Positions 29,552 through 39,712 of a stretch of 64,000 nt of DNA are shown piece by piece. Made by a program: the position numbers and the translations under genes. The stretch's first letter is position 1, and every line of letters starts with the position of its first letter. This DNA comes from Candidatus Latescibacterota bacterium (GTDB lineage: Bacteria > Latescibacterota > UBA2968 > UBA8231), in NCBI GenBank assembly GCA_965215195.1, contig CBDCDC010000002.1:1568001-1632000 (forward strand), written 5' to 3'. The notes beneath the pieces were generated by a model, which saw only the letters and a program-made list of their open reading frames with translations, did not search any database and was not told where the DNA came from.

Positions 29552-31887
29552 TCGCTTCCCTCTGTTCGCCGCCACCGGCCGATTCGCGCACAGGTGTTCA
29601 ACAGGGCCAAGAGAACCGCGTACCAGACAACGAAGCCCCACGAGACCGTAGTCATGGATTCCATCTCGATCAGCAACACCGTCAGTATATGGCCCCCGGC
29701 GGCTAGGGTCACCACCGAGGCAGCGGCGTGGAAGAACAACTGGTACAGCACCCGATACAGGACTCCGAAAACGAACATCCCCATCACAATGCCCAGCGTA
29801 CCGAAGTTCGCGTACAGCTCCCCGAGCTGATGCACTTTGAAGGCGTTGACCTCGTTGCCCTCCGGCAGAAATCCGAAACGTTGCCCCAAGTCTTTCACGT
29901 CCTTGGGTTTGTCCTTGAAGACGGCTCGGGGAATGAGCTTGAACAGTATCGGGTAATAGGTCTCGCCATGCAGATACGGCACCATCTCCGGGGTCTGGCG
30001 GACGACCCAAGCGAGTGGCAGCAGCATGTCGAGGCGTGCGGCCGACGAGTCCACCGAACGCAGGGCACGGTCGAAGACGTCCCCCGTCCCGACGAATCCG
30101 GAGATGGTGCCGAGGTAGAGTGCCGCCTTCTGCGCTAGGGACGTATCGACGTGCGGTGCCCACGGGTTCCGGCCCTTGCTCCAATGCGTCTCGTTGTATG
30201 CGTGGACAGCCGGATCCCCCGCCCCCCCGCTCACGTAGTAGAGCGTCGCCGAGGCACCATCCACCAGCGAGGATCTGTCGCCTGCCGAGTCCAAGAGATC
30301 ACCAAGCCGGATGTGTACCCGCAAGCCCATCACCCACGCGGCCGACACCAAGTACTCAGCCCAGTTGTCTTCATCCGCCAAGACCAGTATCGTGTTTCCC
30401 GCTTGCATCCCCGCGAGCTCCATCCTTTGCGGCTCATCCGCCTCGGCTACCAAGAGCCGGCGCGTCCCGCTGTCGGAAGGCCCGATCTCCCACGTGGAGG
30501 CATCGCGCGTCCTCAGTTGCCATTCCCCATCCTTACCAATGGCGCGGAACCCCTCCCACGCCACGTGGGTTGTCAGTGGGTGGTACCTCGACGTGCGGGA
30601 GGCTCGCGTGAACAGGCCGGTGCGGACGCGCTCGATGGCGTAGGCCGGAAGCCGGACCTCGTACACACATCCACCGTCGGCCAAGGCTTGGCCTGATTCG
30701 AGGCTGAAGTCGAGGTTGTCGTAACCATACTCAATTCGGCGGTCGGGTAGGCTCCTCACGTCGACCGGAATCAGGTGCAGGAAGAATGCCAACTCGCCCC
30801 GGCCAACCGGGGGCGCACTACAGTTCCCGGGGCCCTTGTAGAAGTACCGCAAGGTGCCATCCCGGAAGGTCAGGTCATAGTCCGGCGTCTCGACGATCGG
30901 TGCGCCCGCTTTCATCCGCGCCTCGCGCAGGCTGAACTCGTTGGTCGAGGGGCGCCAAGACAACACGTCGCCCGCTTGGACCCCGTGCGTCCAGATCAAG
31001 GCGCGAAACTCTTCTCGTGTCGGCAGCACGACGAAGATCAGGATCGCCGCGGTGAGCACACCGCAGCCCACCAGCCGCCACGTCGGGTTGCGCAGAGCGA
31101 TAGCGCTGGCCATGAACAGGGCCAAGATCGCCTTCAGGGCATGGTTCGCCATACCGGTAGCCATGCCGAACAAAGTGTAGTAGGCCACCAATCCCCACAG
31201 CAGGCTCTTACCGGCGCGGCCGAGCTCTCTGCGCAGTTGCAGGTGGAACAGGATCAGGATGGACAAAACCGTGAACTGCCCGGCCAAGACGACGGAGAAG
31301 GCAATGGCCGGCGGCAGGAGCTCCTTCCCCGCATAGAACGCCACTACGGCGACATTGTCGAGGTAGAAGAACGGCACGCCGATCACGGCGAGGATGACCG
31401 CCATGACCATGGCGTACCGCCGACTCTCTCCCGGAAGCACGTTGATGCGCGGGAGCTTCCGGGCCAGCCACCCGTGGAACGGACCGAAGTACCCGGCCAG
31501 CAGGAGCAACCAACCGGTCAGAGCCAAGAGCAGCGCCGTATCAATGAGCGAATCGTCGATCCTCAACCCATTGAGCCACTCCCCGAAGAAGTCTCTGCGC
31601 AGGAAGATCGGTGCGCCGAAGTACAGCGCATACAGGAAGCCGTAGTACGGCATCAGAGAGTGGTGCCACTGCCGGTCCGAGGCCCACATCAGCGTCGGTA
31701 GCGCACAGAGCGCGATGAGCAGCCCGGCCAAGAGACGCTGCCACGGGGTCGGGCTCGCAGGGGCGTACAGGTTCAGGGCGAGGATCACCACGGCTACCAA
31801 GGTGGCGAGCAGGGCGACGCGCCGGTTGACAGGGCGCACGGCGGCCATTCCTCGAATAAGGCTGAAACTATGGCGGAGATTGGTCAT
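29548..31887 (-). CDS. Wzy-like polysaccharide polymerase with inserted extracellular domains
   Basis: Multi-TM; C-terminal PYLHGETY...IPRAVF.DKP...GELYANFG; FFLH..GYDNLDF domain in loop. Confidence 0.7.
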   Translation of the reverse strand: MTNLRHSFSLIRGMAAVRPVNRRVALLATLVAVVILALNLYAPASPTPWQRLLAGLLIALCALPTLMWASDRQWHHSLMPYYGFLYALYFGAPIFLRRDFFGEWLNGLRIDDSLIDTALLLALTGWLLLLAGYFGPFHGWLARKLPRINVLPGESRRYAMVMAVILAVIGVPFFYLDNVAVVAFYAGKELLPPAIAFSVVLAGQFTVLSILILFHLQLRRELGRAGKSLLWGLVAYYTLFGMATGMANHALKAILALFMASAIALRNPTWRLVGCGVLTAAILIFVVLPTREEFRALIWTHGVQAGDVLSWRPSTNEFSLREARMKAGAPIVETPDYDLTFRDGTLRYFYKGPGNCSAPPVGRGELAFFLHLIPVDVRSLPDRRIEYGYDNLDFSLESGQALADGGCVYEVRLPAYAIERVRTGLFTRASRTSRYHPLTTHVAWEGFRAIGKDGEWQLRTRDASTWEIGPSDSGTRRLLVAEADEPQRMELAGMQAGNTILVLADEDNWAEYLVSAAWVMGLRVHIRLGDLLDSAGDRSSLVDGASATLYYVSGGAGDPAVHAYNETHWSKGRNPWAPHVDTSLAQKAALYLGTISGFVGTGDVFDRALRSVDSSAARLDMLLPLAWVVRQTPEMVPYLHGETYYPILFKLIPRAVFKDKPKDVKDLGQRFGFLPEGNEVNAFKVHQLGELYANFGTLGIVMGMFVFGVLYRVLYQLFFHAAASVVTLAAGGHILTVLLIEMESMTTVSWGFVVWYAVLLALLNTCARIGRWRRTEGSE

Positions 31888-31978
31888 ACTTTCTTTTTTG
31901 GTTATCAACGCGGCAACGGCTGCCCTGCAGGGCCGCGCCACCTCAAAGGCGGCCAAGTCGCGCCTCTTGCGGATGAAC
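31860..31978. repeat. ~120-bp direct repeat with 34890-35006 (shared leader and start of two Wzy-like genes)
   Basis: Near-identical GTCATACTTTCTTTTTTGGTTATCAACGCGGCAACGGCTGCCCT...CCTCTTGCGGATGAAC. Confidence 0.85.
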
Positions 31979-31982
31979 ACTC

Positions 31983-32134
31983 CTTAGTACACGCCACCTA
32001 ACGTAGGCGCCCCTTACTTTGAGTACGCCTTTTCTGCTGTTTCCGCTGGGTGCGGGATCGCGGGCGTCCCGCCCTCGCCGAGGGCAAGATGCCCTCAAGC
32101 CTTGGCAGGCTGAGGGCTGGTGTCGGGTAGTAAG
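31983..32134. mobile_element. ~150-bp MITE with REP-like palindromes
   Basis: Ends CTTAGTACACG / CGGGTAGTAAG; near-identical inverted copy at 51228-51378. Confidence 0.75.
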
Positions 32135-32137
32135 GGC

Positions 32138-34915
32138 TTACTCATTCGCTTTATGCGAAGCGGCAATTCGCTGGAGGCTGAACACCAGCCCAATGATGAA
32201 AAACTGGCCCCAGTAGTTTATGAACGGTCCTGTAGGATTCAAGAGGCTGAAAGTTAAATAGGCGGCAACCGCTCCACCATTAGCGGCGACTAGGAAGTAG
32301 AGATCCACATCCTGCGAGCGTATGACAGATCTTCCAGAGTGAATTATCGACCGTAGCACCAGCACGTAGAACAGGATAAGCAAAACCAAGCCGGGAAACC
32401 CAAAGAGCACGAGCATATACAAAAAATAATTGTGCGGCCATAGATGTAACAGATCGTTCACCGCTTCGGTAGACAACTCTCCACTTGGGTAGTGTGAAGT
32501 GGAGGGAGAGTATATGCCTGTTCCGAGCGGATGGTCTAACGAGTATCGCAATGCCACAATCGTCGTGAGTATCCGGCTATGGGCCGACCAATCGGAAAAT
32601 CTGAAGATGCGCATCGTTTCCTTCATCTGGTAATCAGTCAGGTTAGAGAATGAATGCGCCCAAGCCATCTCACCGGCGGCACTTGACTCGTCAGTAGGAT
32701 ATACGCCTTTCCAGAGATAGCCTTCTGCTGTGTACTGACCGGTTCGGATACCCCTGATTCTATAATGGGGCAACGGGCGTAATGCAATGCACCGTCCGCT
32801 GCGGCTGATGGCATAGTCGGTGAAATTGAAGTCTAGGTTGTCGAAATTGTACCCTTTGCGATCTTCCGGCAAAGTGCTCAGGTCGAATGGGATTACATGC
32901 AGAAAGAACTTCGCATCGGTGTTTGCACATTCTTCGCTGATGTACACCAAGCTGTTACTTTGGGCATAAACGATATAATCTGATCTAATTAAAGGACTGC
33001 CCAATGCATACTTGCCATACTGTCCATCAGGGAATCCGGTTGGTTGACCACTGCTCAAGGACGGCAGGAAGTCCCGCCACGGACGCCATTCGCTTGCTCC
33101 GAACGATCGCAGGCGGAACTGATAGGCGGTGATGTTTTCGCGAGCGTCGGGCTCGAGCCAGGTGAACACCATGTTGCCGTCGTCTGGCGTTACAACGGTA
33201 AACTCTGTCTCGCTTCCAAACGCATGGGCGTTCCGAGTGCGTAGCTGCACCCTATACTTCATATTGGGACGCATCTCAATGCTGTAGCCAATGCTCGGAC
33301 CGGCGCTTCTATCAACCAGCGTGTGGAGGCCGACGCCGAGCTTGGTGATGCGGGGGGGCGGGGGGCCGTAGATGATGGTCTTGAACGAGCCGCAGTCGCG
33401 CCACGGACGCCATGCCGTTTCCCGAGGAAATCGAAGGCGAAGCTGGTAGGCGGTAACGCTTACCGGATCGTCAGATTCGCGCCAAGTAAACACCAAGCGG
33501 CCGTCGTCCGCTGTCGTAGCGGTAATCTGGCTCCACGCGCCATACCCGTACTCATTACGCCCGCGAAACTGCGCTTGATATGTCTCGCCCGGCGTCAGCC
33601 CGGTAATCGTATAGCTGATAGTCTGGTCATCACGCCTGTGGGCTGCGCCAGCGGCGAGGTCGTGGATAGGCGGACCTTTACTGTGCATATAGGAGCAGTT
33701 CCCAAGGAAGCAGAAGCTCAGCCATGGCCCCCACTTCGGTTCGCCATCCGGTCGCAGCCGAAACTGGTATAGGGAACGACTGGTGTGGTCGTCGGGTTCG
33801 CGCCATACAAGCGTGAGGCTGCCGTCGTCGCGCGTTACCGCGACGACCGTTTCACCAAGCTGCGGTCCACCGTTCTCCCTGCGAATCTGCGCGGCGAATT
33901 TCTTCGCTGGCGTAAGACCTTCAATCGTGTGGCCTAGCAGCGGATGTCCATCCCGACTAGTGAGGTTGAAGATGGCGGTGCTAGAGCCTACGCTGTCCGT
34001 TCTGGCACCGACGAAAAGGCGGCTGACGCGGCTGGCAAGGTCGCCGACAGTAAGGACAGGATTGAAAACCGCGAGCAGCCAGACTGCCATCAGCGGAACA
34101 AGGAAAAACAGGCGTCGTCGAAAACGCGGCACTCTCACGAACAGCAGGGCGATGATGACGCTACTGCCCAGTACGCCGAGGATGGCCGACCGGGTGGCGT
34201 TCAGGACCATTCCCGTTACCATAGTCATCAGCATGACGAACAGTGCCACGTCGTAGGCCCTCTGCGACGGCTTACCACGCCCGAAGGGACTGCATAGGGC
34301 TGCCACAAAAGCGAATGGAACACTCGCAATAAGATGATCCGCGAATATGGCTGTATGTGCGGTAAGCCCAGCTATTCTGCCACGAACCAAAATGACTGAC
34401 AGGTCTTTCTCCTTCAAAATGGTGCTATCCAGCCAGATGGTCAGAAATGGATCGCCGATGAAGACTACAGCCATGCCGAACAGCGTAGACACAAACGTTG
34501 CCACAATGAACGCCAGCAGCATCAGCTTGGCGCGGTGAACACTGTCCACGCACAGATACACCGCCAATAGGACACCAATGCCCAGCACCATCTTCGCCAA
34601 ACGCGTCGGATCGAGTGTATCGGTGAAAAAATAGACACCCAGCACCCAGACCACTAGCAGCAGCGACACCCCAACGACCAGAATCACAGGACCGAAATCC
34701 AAGCGCAGGACGGAGAGGACAGGTTTGCCGGCCTCGAACTGAACGACGCGCAGCGCAACATAAGACAACGCCGCTAAGACCGTCAGCCCGGCGAGGAGGA
34801 TGTTGGGTCCGCCAAGGGGCAGCGGCGTGCTAGCAAACCAGATATTCGCAAAAATGGCCGACAGCAGCAGGACGAATATCGGCTTGGTGGCTGAGCTATG
34901 GCAGAGATGGGTCAT
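32138..34915 (-). CDS. O-antigen ligase-like protein with inserted FN3-like repeats
   Basis: LNATRSA...HPLGTG...HNYFLYMLVLFG; loop contains GLTPGETYQAQFRGRNEYGYGAWS-type repeats and an FFLH domain. Confidence 0.75.
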   Translation of the reverse strand: MTHLCHSSATKPIFVLLLSAIFANIWFASTPLPLGGPNILLAGLTVLAALSYVALRVVQFEAGKPVLSVLRLDFGPVILVVGVSLLLVVWVLGVYFFTDTLDPTRLAKMVLGIGVLLAVYLCVDSVHRAKLMLLAFIVATFVSTLFGMAVVFIGDPFLTIWLDSTILKEKDLSVILVRGRIAGLTAHTAIFADHLIASVPFAFVAALCSPFGRGKPSQRAYDVALFVMLMTMVTGMVLNATRSAILGVLGSSVIIALLFVRVPRFRRRLFFLVPLMAVWLLAVFNPVLTVGDLASRVSRLFVGARTDSVGSSTAIFNLTSRDGHPLLGHTIEGLTPAKKFAAQIRRENGGPQLGETVVAVTRDDGSLTLVWREPDDHTSRSLYQFRLRPDGEPKWGPWLSFCFLGNCSYMHSKGPPIHDLAAGAAHRRDDQTISYTITGLTPGETYQAQFRGRNEYGYGAWSQITATTADDGRLVFTWRESDDPVSVTAYQLRLRFPRETAWRPWRDCGSFKTIIYGPPPPRITKLGVGLHTLVDRSAGPSIGYSIEMRPNMKYRVQLRTRNAHAFGSETEFTVVTPDDGNMVFTWLEPDARENITAYQFRLRSFGASEWRPWRDFLPSLSSGQPTGFPDGQYGKYALGSPLIRSDYIVYAQSNSLVYISEECANTDAKFFLHVIPFDLSTLPEDRKGYNFDNLDFNFTDYAISRSGRCIALRPLPHYRIRGIRTGQYTAEGYLWKGVYPTDESSAAGEMAWAHSFSNLTDYQMKETMRIFRFSDWSAHSRILTTIVALRYSLDHPLGTGIYSPSTSHYPSGELSTEAVNDLLHLWPHNYFLYMLVLFGFPGLVLLILFYVLVLRSIIHSGRSVIRSQDVDLYFLVAANGGAVAAYLTFSLLNPTGPFINYWGQFFIIGLVFSLQRIAASHKANE

Positions 34916-34954
34916 ACTTTCTTTTTTGGTTATCAACGCGGCAACGGCTGCCCT

Positions 34955-35139
34955 TCAGGGCCGCGCCACTTCAAAGGCGGCCAAGTCCCGCCTCTTGCGG
35001 ATGAACGCCACTGCGATCCGGTTGTTCAGGCCCGAAAATAGGTTGACCTTGGAGAATTTGCCCACCCCGGTGAGCAAGGTGAACGTGACGTGCGGGTCGC
35101 AGTCCTTGATCGTCGCATATAGCCCACGCAGTCACTCAT
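34955..35139 (-). pseudogene. Internally deleted AAA-ATPase/PD-(D/E)XK gene remnant
   Basis: Reads LRGLYATIKDCDPHVTFTLLTGVGKFSKVNLFSGLNN joined to IAVAFIRKRRDLAAFEVARP*, homologous to the middle and end of 48597. Confidence 0.8.
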
Positions 35140-35151
35140 CTATTCTGTGGC

Positions 35152-36297
35152 CTACGGCGAAGCCGGCACGACCTTGTTTATCAGTTCCAAGTGCCGCTCC
35201 ATGGACGCCGCCACGGAATAGTGTTGCGCCCTGGCGATCAAACGCTCCGGGGCAATGGGATTATCGAGCGTATCCCGTATCGCCCGCGCCAGTGACCGCC
35301 AGTCGCCCACCGGCACCAAGCGCCCCCACTTGCCGCCATCGAGTATCTCTCGGGGACCGCTGGGGCAATCCGTGCTGACGACGGGCGTTCCGCACGCCAT
35401 GGCTTCGATGAGCACTGTGGGCAGCCCTTCGCGAACGGAAGACAATACGAACACCCGCGCACGGGCCATGTAAGCAAAGGGGTTGGGCTGGAATCCAAGA
35501 AAATCCACATGCTCTTGGATTCCCAACTCGCGGGCGAGGGCCGTCAGCTTGGCTCGGTCCGGCCCTTCGCCGAGCACCACCAGCCGCGCAGGCCGCGACC
35601 TTAGCACCTCCGCAAAGGCTTTGAGCAACGTCGGCTGATCTTTATGCGGGATGTCAAGCCGACCAGCCGTGAGGATCACCGGTGTGCGCGGGTCGCCGAA
35701 CCAAGGATGGTCCACCGGCAATTTGGCCTGTTCGAGGAGCGGGGGAGTCACCACCGGATTCGGAATGGCCCGCACCAAGCTTGCCGCCCGGGGAACGGCG
35801 CGCTTCAGGTCTTCGGCCACACCGGATGAGACGCCGACAATCGCATCGGCCGCGGGCAGCAACCATTTCAGGAGGCGGTTTGCCGTGCGGAACGCGATCC
35901 CCCGACCCTCGCCTTCGGCCGTGTACGTGTTTTGTTGGCTTACTATCAGACGCAAGTCTCGCGTAAAGAGCTTCTTTGCGAGCAGAGCCGTTAGATTCCC
36001 GAACGTCAAGGCGGAGAGAAACACCGTGGGCCGCTCGCGCCTGATGTAGCGGACCAGCGCGGGCAGGCAGGTCGGCGTCTTATAGGAGTTCAGGTTGATC
36101 AGCCGAACGCCCTCCGGAACCGATCCCCACAGCGCGCCGCCGCTTCGGGTGACCAAGAGATCAACGGCGAACCCACACCGGGCCAACTGGCCCGCAATCT
36201 CCAGCATGACGCGCTCGGCCCCACCGCCGGCGAGCGAGGGCACGAACAGCGCGACTCGTCGGCCTTCGCCCGTCTGCGCTGAAACGTTATCCGGCAT
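35152..36297 (-). CDS. Glycosyltransferase family 4
   Basis: LAGGGAERV, EGLPTVLIEAMACGTPVVSTDCPSGPREIL. Confidence 0.92.
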   Translation of the reverse strand: MPDNVSAQTGEGRRVALFVPSLAGGGAERVMLEIAGQLARCGFAVDLLVTRSGGALWGSVPEGVRLINLNSYKTPTCLPALVRYIRRERPTVFLSALTFGNLTALLAKKLFTRDLRLIVSQQNTYTAEGEGRGIAFRTANRLLKWLLPAADAIVGVSSGVAEDLKRAVPRAASLVRAIPNPVVTPPLLEQAKLPVDHPWFGDPRTPVILTAGRLDIPHKDQPTLLKAFAEVLRSRPARLVVLGEGPDRAKLTALARELGIQEHVDFLGFQPNPFAYMARARVFVLSSVREGLPTVLIEAMACGTPVVSTDCPSGPREILDGGKWGRLVPVGDWRSLARAIRDTLDNPIAPERLIARAQHYSVAASMERHLELINKVVPASP

Positions 36298-37720
36298 GAC
36301 CCTCGTTCTCCTCCGTTTGCAGTTTAGCCCCTTCACCGCGGCGACTGCGACGCACAACGGCAGCGGCAAAAATAACAACCGTCGCCGCAAGCACCAACTG
36401 ATAGACGGTGTACGCCCACGCGGCACCCGCTGCGCCGTGCGTGGGCACCAAGATCAAGAGCACGGTTAATTGCGCGGCGAGGGCGGCGGACGTCCAGATC
36501 AGCGAGGGCAACGCACGGCCCGTCGACGCCGGCAGAACGCGCAGCGCGGCGACGCTCACTAACGCGAAGGCCCCGGGAACCATGATCAGCAGCGGCCGGG
36601 CCGCATCCTCGAACTCCGAGCCGAGCGCGATGCGAATGACCGGGCGGTACAGGACGATTAGCAGTCCGTAGGTCGCCACGGCCAGCGCGATCGCTAGCAT
36701 TGTGAACCGACGGGACAGCCTCCGAAATGCGACGCCGTCAAACGCGTACCAGCGGCGGCTGTATTCGGCCTGCACACTCAGGGACAGCGGTTCCACCGGC
36801 GTGGTCGTCACGTCAACCAGCCGGCGGGCCGCCCGGTAGATCCCGGCCTGCACCGGACCGACCAGCGCCCCCAGCAGAATCACGTCGAGATGCCCGTACA
36901 ACGCTCCGACTTTGGTTTGACAAAATGACAGAAGCTGGAACCTGACGACGTCCCGCGGCACTCGAACCGACCATCCGGTCAGGAAGCGCGGCAGCCGGTC
37001 CCGTCCGGCGGAGGCCGCGGCCGCGGCGAACAGCCCGGCCCCGGTGACGGCCGCCCCGGCGACAATGGCCAGCGACACCATCATCAACCCGCCGCCCGCC
37101 CGCCAGACGGCCAGCAGGGCCGCGGTGCGAACCAACCCTCCCGCTACGACAGCCGTCAACCCCAGGGGCAGTTGGTTGGCCAGCCGCAACGCCGCCAGGC
37201 TTTCTCGATGCGTCGCCATCAACAGGCCCGCTAGTCCGCACACCAGCATGGCGGCGACATACGTCTTGGCAATGCCGACCAGCTCGCTGGCCGCCAGCGC
37301 GAACGCCGCCAGCAGCGCGTAGGCAAGCAGGGCCAGCCCTTGGACCGTGGCAAAGGCCATCCGCAGGGTCGCCGCGGCCGTGGCGTACTGCCCAGCAGTG
37401 ACGCTGCGGGTCACAAAGGCGGTGATCGCCTCGTGGCCGGATACCGTCAGGAAGGCGTAGAAGATGGTCGCTGTACTCATAAAAATAGCCAGCACGCCGA
37501 AGCCCTCCGGCCCCAAGATGCGCGCGGAGAGTGCCAGCAGCGCGACGCCGCTGAGGAACTGGGCGACGGTGATGGTGCCCATCCACAGCGTCTGCCGCGC
37601 CACATGCCCCGCGGACGAGGGGCGCAAAGGGGTGGCGCGAGAGGACGCACTGCAGTCTGCCGGCGGATTCGTGCTTTCCGCATAGGGTATGGAAACTCTT
37701 TGCAGCAGCCTAGCGAACAT
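36287..37720 (-). CDS. wzx: Wzx-type polysaccharide flippase
   Basis: ARILGPEGFG, DVILLGALVGPVQAGIYRAA; multi-TM. Confidence 0.82.
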   Translation of the reverse strand: MFARLLQRVSIPYAESTNPPADCSASSRATPLRPSSAGHVARQTLWMGTITVAQFLSGVALLALSARILGPEGFGVLAIFMSTATIFYAFLTVSGHEAITAFVTRSVTAGQYATAAATLRMAFATVQGLALLAYALLAAFALAASELVGIAKTYVAAMLVCGLAGLLMATHRESLAALRLANQLPLGLTAVVAGGLVRTAALLAVWRAGGGLMMVSLAIVAGAAVTGAGLFAAAAASAGRDRLPRFLTGWSVRVPRDVVRFQLLSFCQTKVGALYGHLDVILLGALVGPVQAGIYRAARRLVDVTTTPVEPLSLSVQAEYSRRWYAFDGVAFRRLSRRFTMLAIALAVATYGLLIVLYRPVIRIALGSEFEDAARPLLIMVPGAFALVSVAALRVLPASTGRALPSLIWTSAALAAQLTVLLILVPTHGAAGAAWAYTVYQLVLAATVVIFAAAVVRRSRRGEGAKLQTEENEGHAG

Positions 37721-37747
37721 TCACGAATCCGTTTTGTAAACCACCGC

Positions 37748-38917
37748 TCACGCGCCTTCCAGCAGCGGAATGATGGCATCGAGGTGTTGCTGCATCGTAA
37801 AGTGTTTCTCGTAACGCTCCACCGCCGCTTGGCTCATCGCTTCGTAGCGGTCGGGTTCGGCGACAATTTTCCGTATGACCTCGGCAATCTGGTCCGGCCG
37901 GCCGTGCTCAATCAACGTTCCAGTGACGCCATCAACCACCAAGTCCGGTATGGACCGGTAGTTCGTGGAAATCGCGACGCAACCGTAGGCCATGGCTTCG
38001 ATGATCGACACGGGTTGCCCTTCGGTGAAATAGTGGGTCGGCAGAAGGAAAAAGTCGCTGGTTTCAAGCAACCGTTGTTTTTCCTCGCCGATGACCAGCC
38101 CCAAGTAGCGAACAACACTCTCAAGGTTGTTGGCCGCGACGTACTCGTGAAATCTCGCTTCCGCCTCCTCTGGCGACATAGGCACCGGATCGTCAGCGGA
38201 CGAATGGAAGCGACCCGCGAAGACAGCTTCCAGTCGAATTGCCCTTGTCTTGTGCAGGATCGCCACCGCCTCCAGCACGTCAAAATAGCCTTTGGACTGG
38301 ATCAGGTTGGACAGGAACAGGAGTCTAACGGGCCGCTCCTGATGCAAGCACCGGCCTCGCGGCACGTCGTTCAGAGCAAAAGGTGGACTATTCCATACCA
38401 CCGCGATGCGCTCGGCGAGCACGGGGTCGAAGTCGAACATGCCCCGGAGCCGCTCGCTCAGGACGATGATCCGGTGGGTACGCCGCAGAGTATGGCGGAT
38501 CAGGAAACGCCAGAACCGCGGCTGGGCGCGGTAGAAGGCATCGTAGTTTCCTCCTTTCACATGGACGACGATGCGGCAACCGCACAGATAGGCACTCCAG
38601 ATCATCGCCATGTCCCGCATGAAGCCCACTCTGGATCGAGAGATCGTGATGTACACCCGGCGGTAGCGTGCGATCAACCCGCCGGCGAACCGGGCCAGAG
38701 GGCGCAGTGTTTCCATCGAACGCTGAAGAGTCAACCGTCCGAGCGAGGACGGGTTCTTTCCCGCGATGTTCACGATCCAGCAATCGCGGCCACGAGCGCG
38801 AAGCGCGCCACACAACATTTCGAAACTCAGCGATTGTCCGTGTTCCGGGGGCGGGAGCGGGCCGACCAGCAGGAAACGGGGCGATGGCTCGGATGTCGAA
38901 AAGTTCGCGTTGTTCAT
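37748..38917 (-). CDS. Glycosyltransferase family 4
   Basis: GPLPPPEHGQS, EGQPVSIIEAMAYG. Confidence 0.9.
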   Translation of the reverse strand: MNNANFSTSEPSPRFLLVGPLPPPEHGQSLSFEMLCGALRARGRDCWIVNIAGKNPSSLGRLTLQRSMETLRPLARFAGGLIARYRRVYITISRSRVGFMRDMAMIWSAYLCGCRIVVHVKGGNYDAFYRAQPRFWRFLIRHTLRRTHRIIVLSERLRGMFDFDPVLAERIAVVWNSPPFALNDVPRGRCLHQERPVRLLFLSNLIQSKGYFDVLEAVAILHKTRAIRLEAVFAGRFHSSADDPVPMSPEEAEARFHEYVAANNLESVVRYLGLVIGEEKQRLLETSDFFLLPTHYFTEGQPVSIIEAMAYGCVAISTNYRSIPDLVVDGVTGTLIEHGRPDQIAEVIRKIVAEPDRYEAMSQAAVERYEKHFTMQQHLDAIIPLLEGA

Positions 38918-39095
38918 GGATAGTACGTTATGATCGATCAGATTGCGGCGCGAGACCTTGGACCGATTACCCGGGCACCGCGCCGCAGACCGCCATCTCC
39001 CAACCGTGGAATACAGCGAATGCGCTTAAAGTCCGCGTAAACAGCCTAGGGGCTCAGGCAGCAGACAGCCCGTGTGGAGGTAGCTACTACCATAG

Positions 39096-39126
39096 GTTTC
39101 AATCCACGCCCTCGCAAGAGGGCGAG
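39096..39126 (-). CRISPR. Solitary CRISPR-repeat-like unit (type I-C-like); not an array
   Basis: Minus strand CTCGCCCTCTTGCGAGGGCGTGGATTGAAAC: internal hairpin plus GTGGATTGAAAC 3' handle. Confidence 0.55.
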
Positions 39127-39129
39127 CGG

Positions 39130-39156
39130 AAAACTCGGAACCGGGTTCCGAGTTTT
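39130..39156. terminator. Perfect hairpin with A/T tails, possibly a bidirectional terminator
   Basis: AAAACTCGGAACC-G-GGTTCCGAGTTTT. Confidence 0.55.
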
Positions 39157-39267
39157 TGGCAGGAGGCCGGGGCGGGTGCTTTTTTTAAGCGGAAGCGGCT
39201 TCCGCTTGGTCGGACGAGGGGAAAACACTTGGCACATCCGCTAATTAATTATATATACAATTAGATT

Positions 39268-39345
39268 ATGGAGTTGAAGCCAGTCTATGAATGGGACGAA
39301 GTGACAGAGAGGAAGCATTATGCAGAAAACCGTCCGTACCGTTGA
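39268..39345 (+). pseudogene. brnT: BrnT toxin with in-frame internal deletion
   Basis: MELKPVYEWDE|VTERKHYAENRPYR*: BrnT-type N- and C-terminal motifs joined; overlaps the brnA start. Confidence 0.65.
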
Positions 39346-39712
39346 TTTTGAAACCATGACGGCCCACCAGATCGTCGCCCACTACGGCAAGGATGAGCTA
39401 GCCGAAATGACGTTTGCCGAGATTGAGGCAAAGTATGGTGAAGAGGTTGCGATTTGTGCCGGCATCGTGGCCGACCCCGACACGCGGGAACTCACCGATG
39501 AAGACTTCGCCAGAATGCGCCCGGCAACCGAAGTCGCGCCGCATCTGGTCGAAGCGTATCGGCGCACCCGCGGCCGGCAGAAAAAGCCGACCAAAGATCG
39601 CATCTCCATCTGTCTCGACGCGGATATCACCGCGCATTTCCGGGCGACCGGCAAGGGCTGGCAGACGCGGCTGAATGATACGTTGCGGCAGGCCGTATTT
39701 GGCGACACCTAA
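39320..39712 (+). CDS. brnA: BrnA antitoxin
   Basis: ELTDEDFARMRP...RGRQKKPTK.RISI.LD.DI.AHFRATGKGWQTRLNDTLR. Confidence 0.88.
   Translation: MQKTVRTVDFETMTAHQIVAHYGKDELAEMTFAEIEAKYGEEVAICAGIVADPDTRELTDEDFARMRPATEVAPHLVEAYRRTRGRQKKPTKDRISICLDADITAHFRATGKGWQTRLNDTLRQAVFGDT

Noticed and set aside
28100-30184. 694-aa ORF as listed in the track
   Set aside because: The first ~210 codons overlap the 29548 gene in another frame and look non-coding; the GTG at 29551 overlapping the upstream stop is the likely start
39020-39130. A true CRISPR array
   Set aside because: Only one convincing repeat; the second candidate is too degenerate and there are no cas genes in the window
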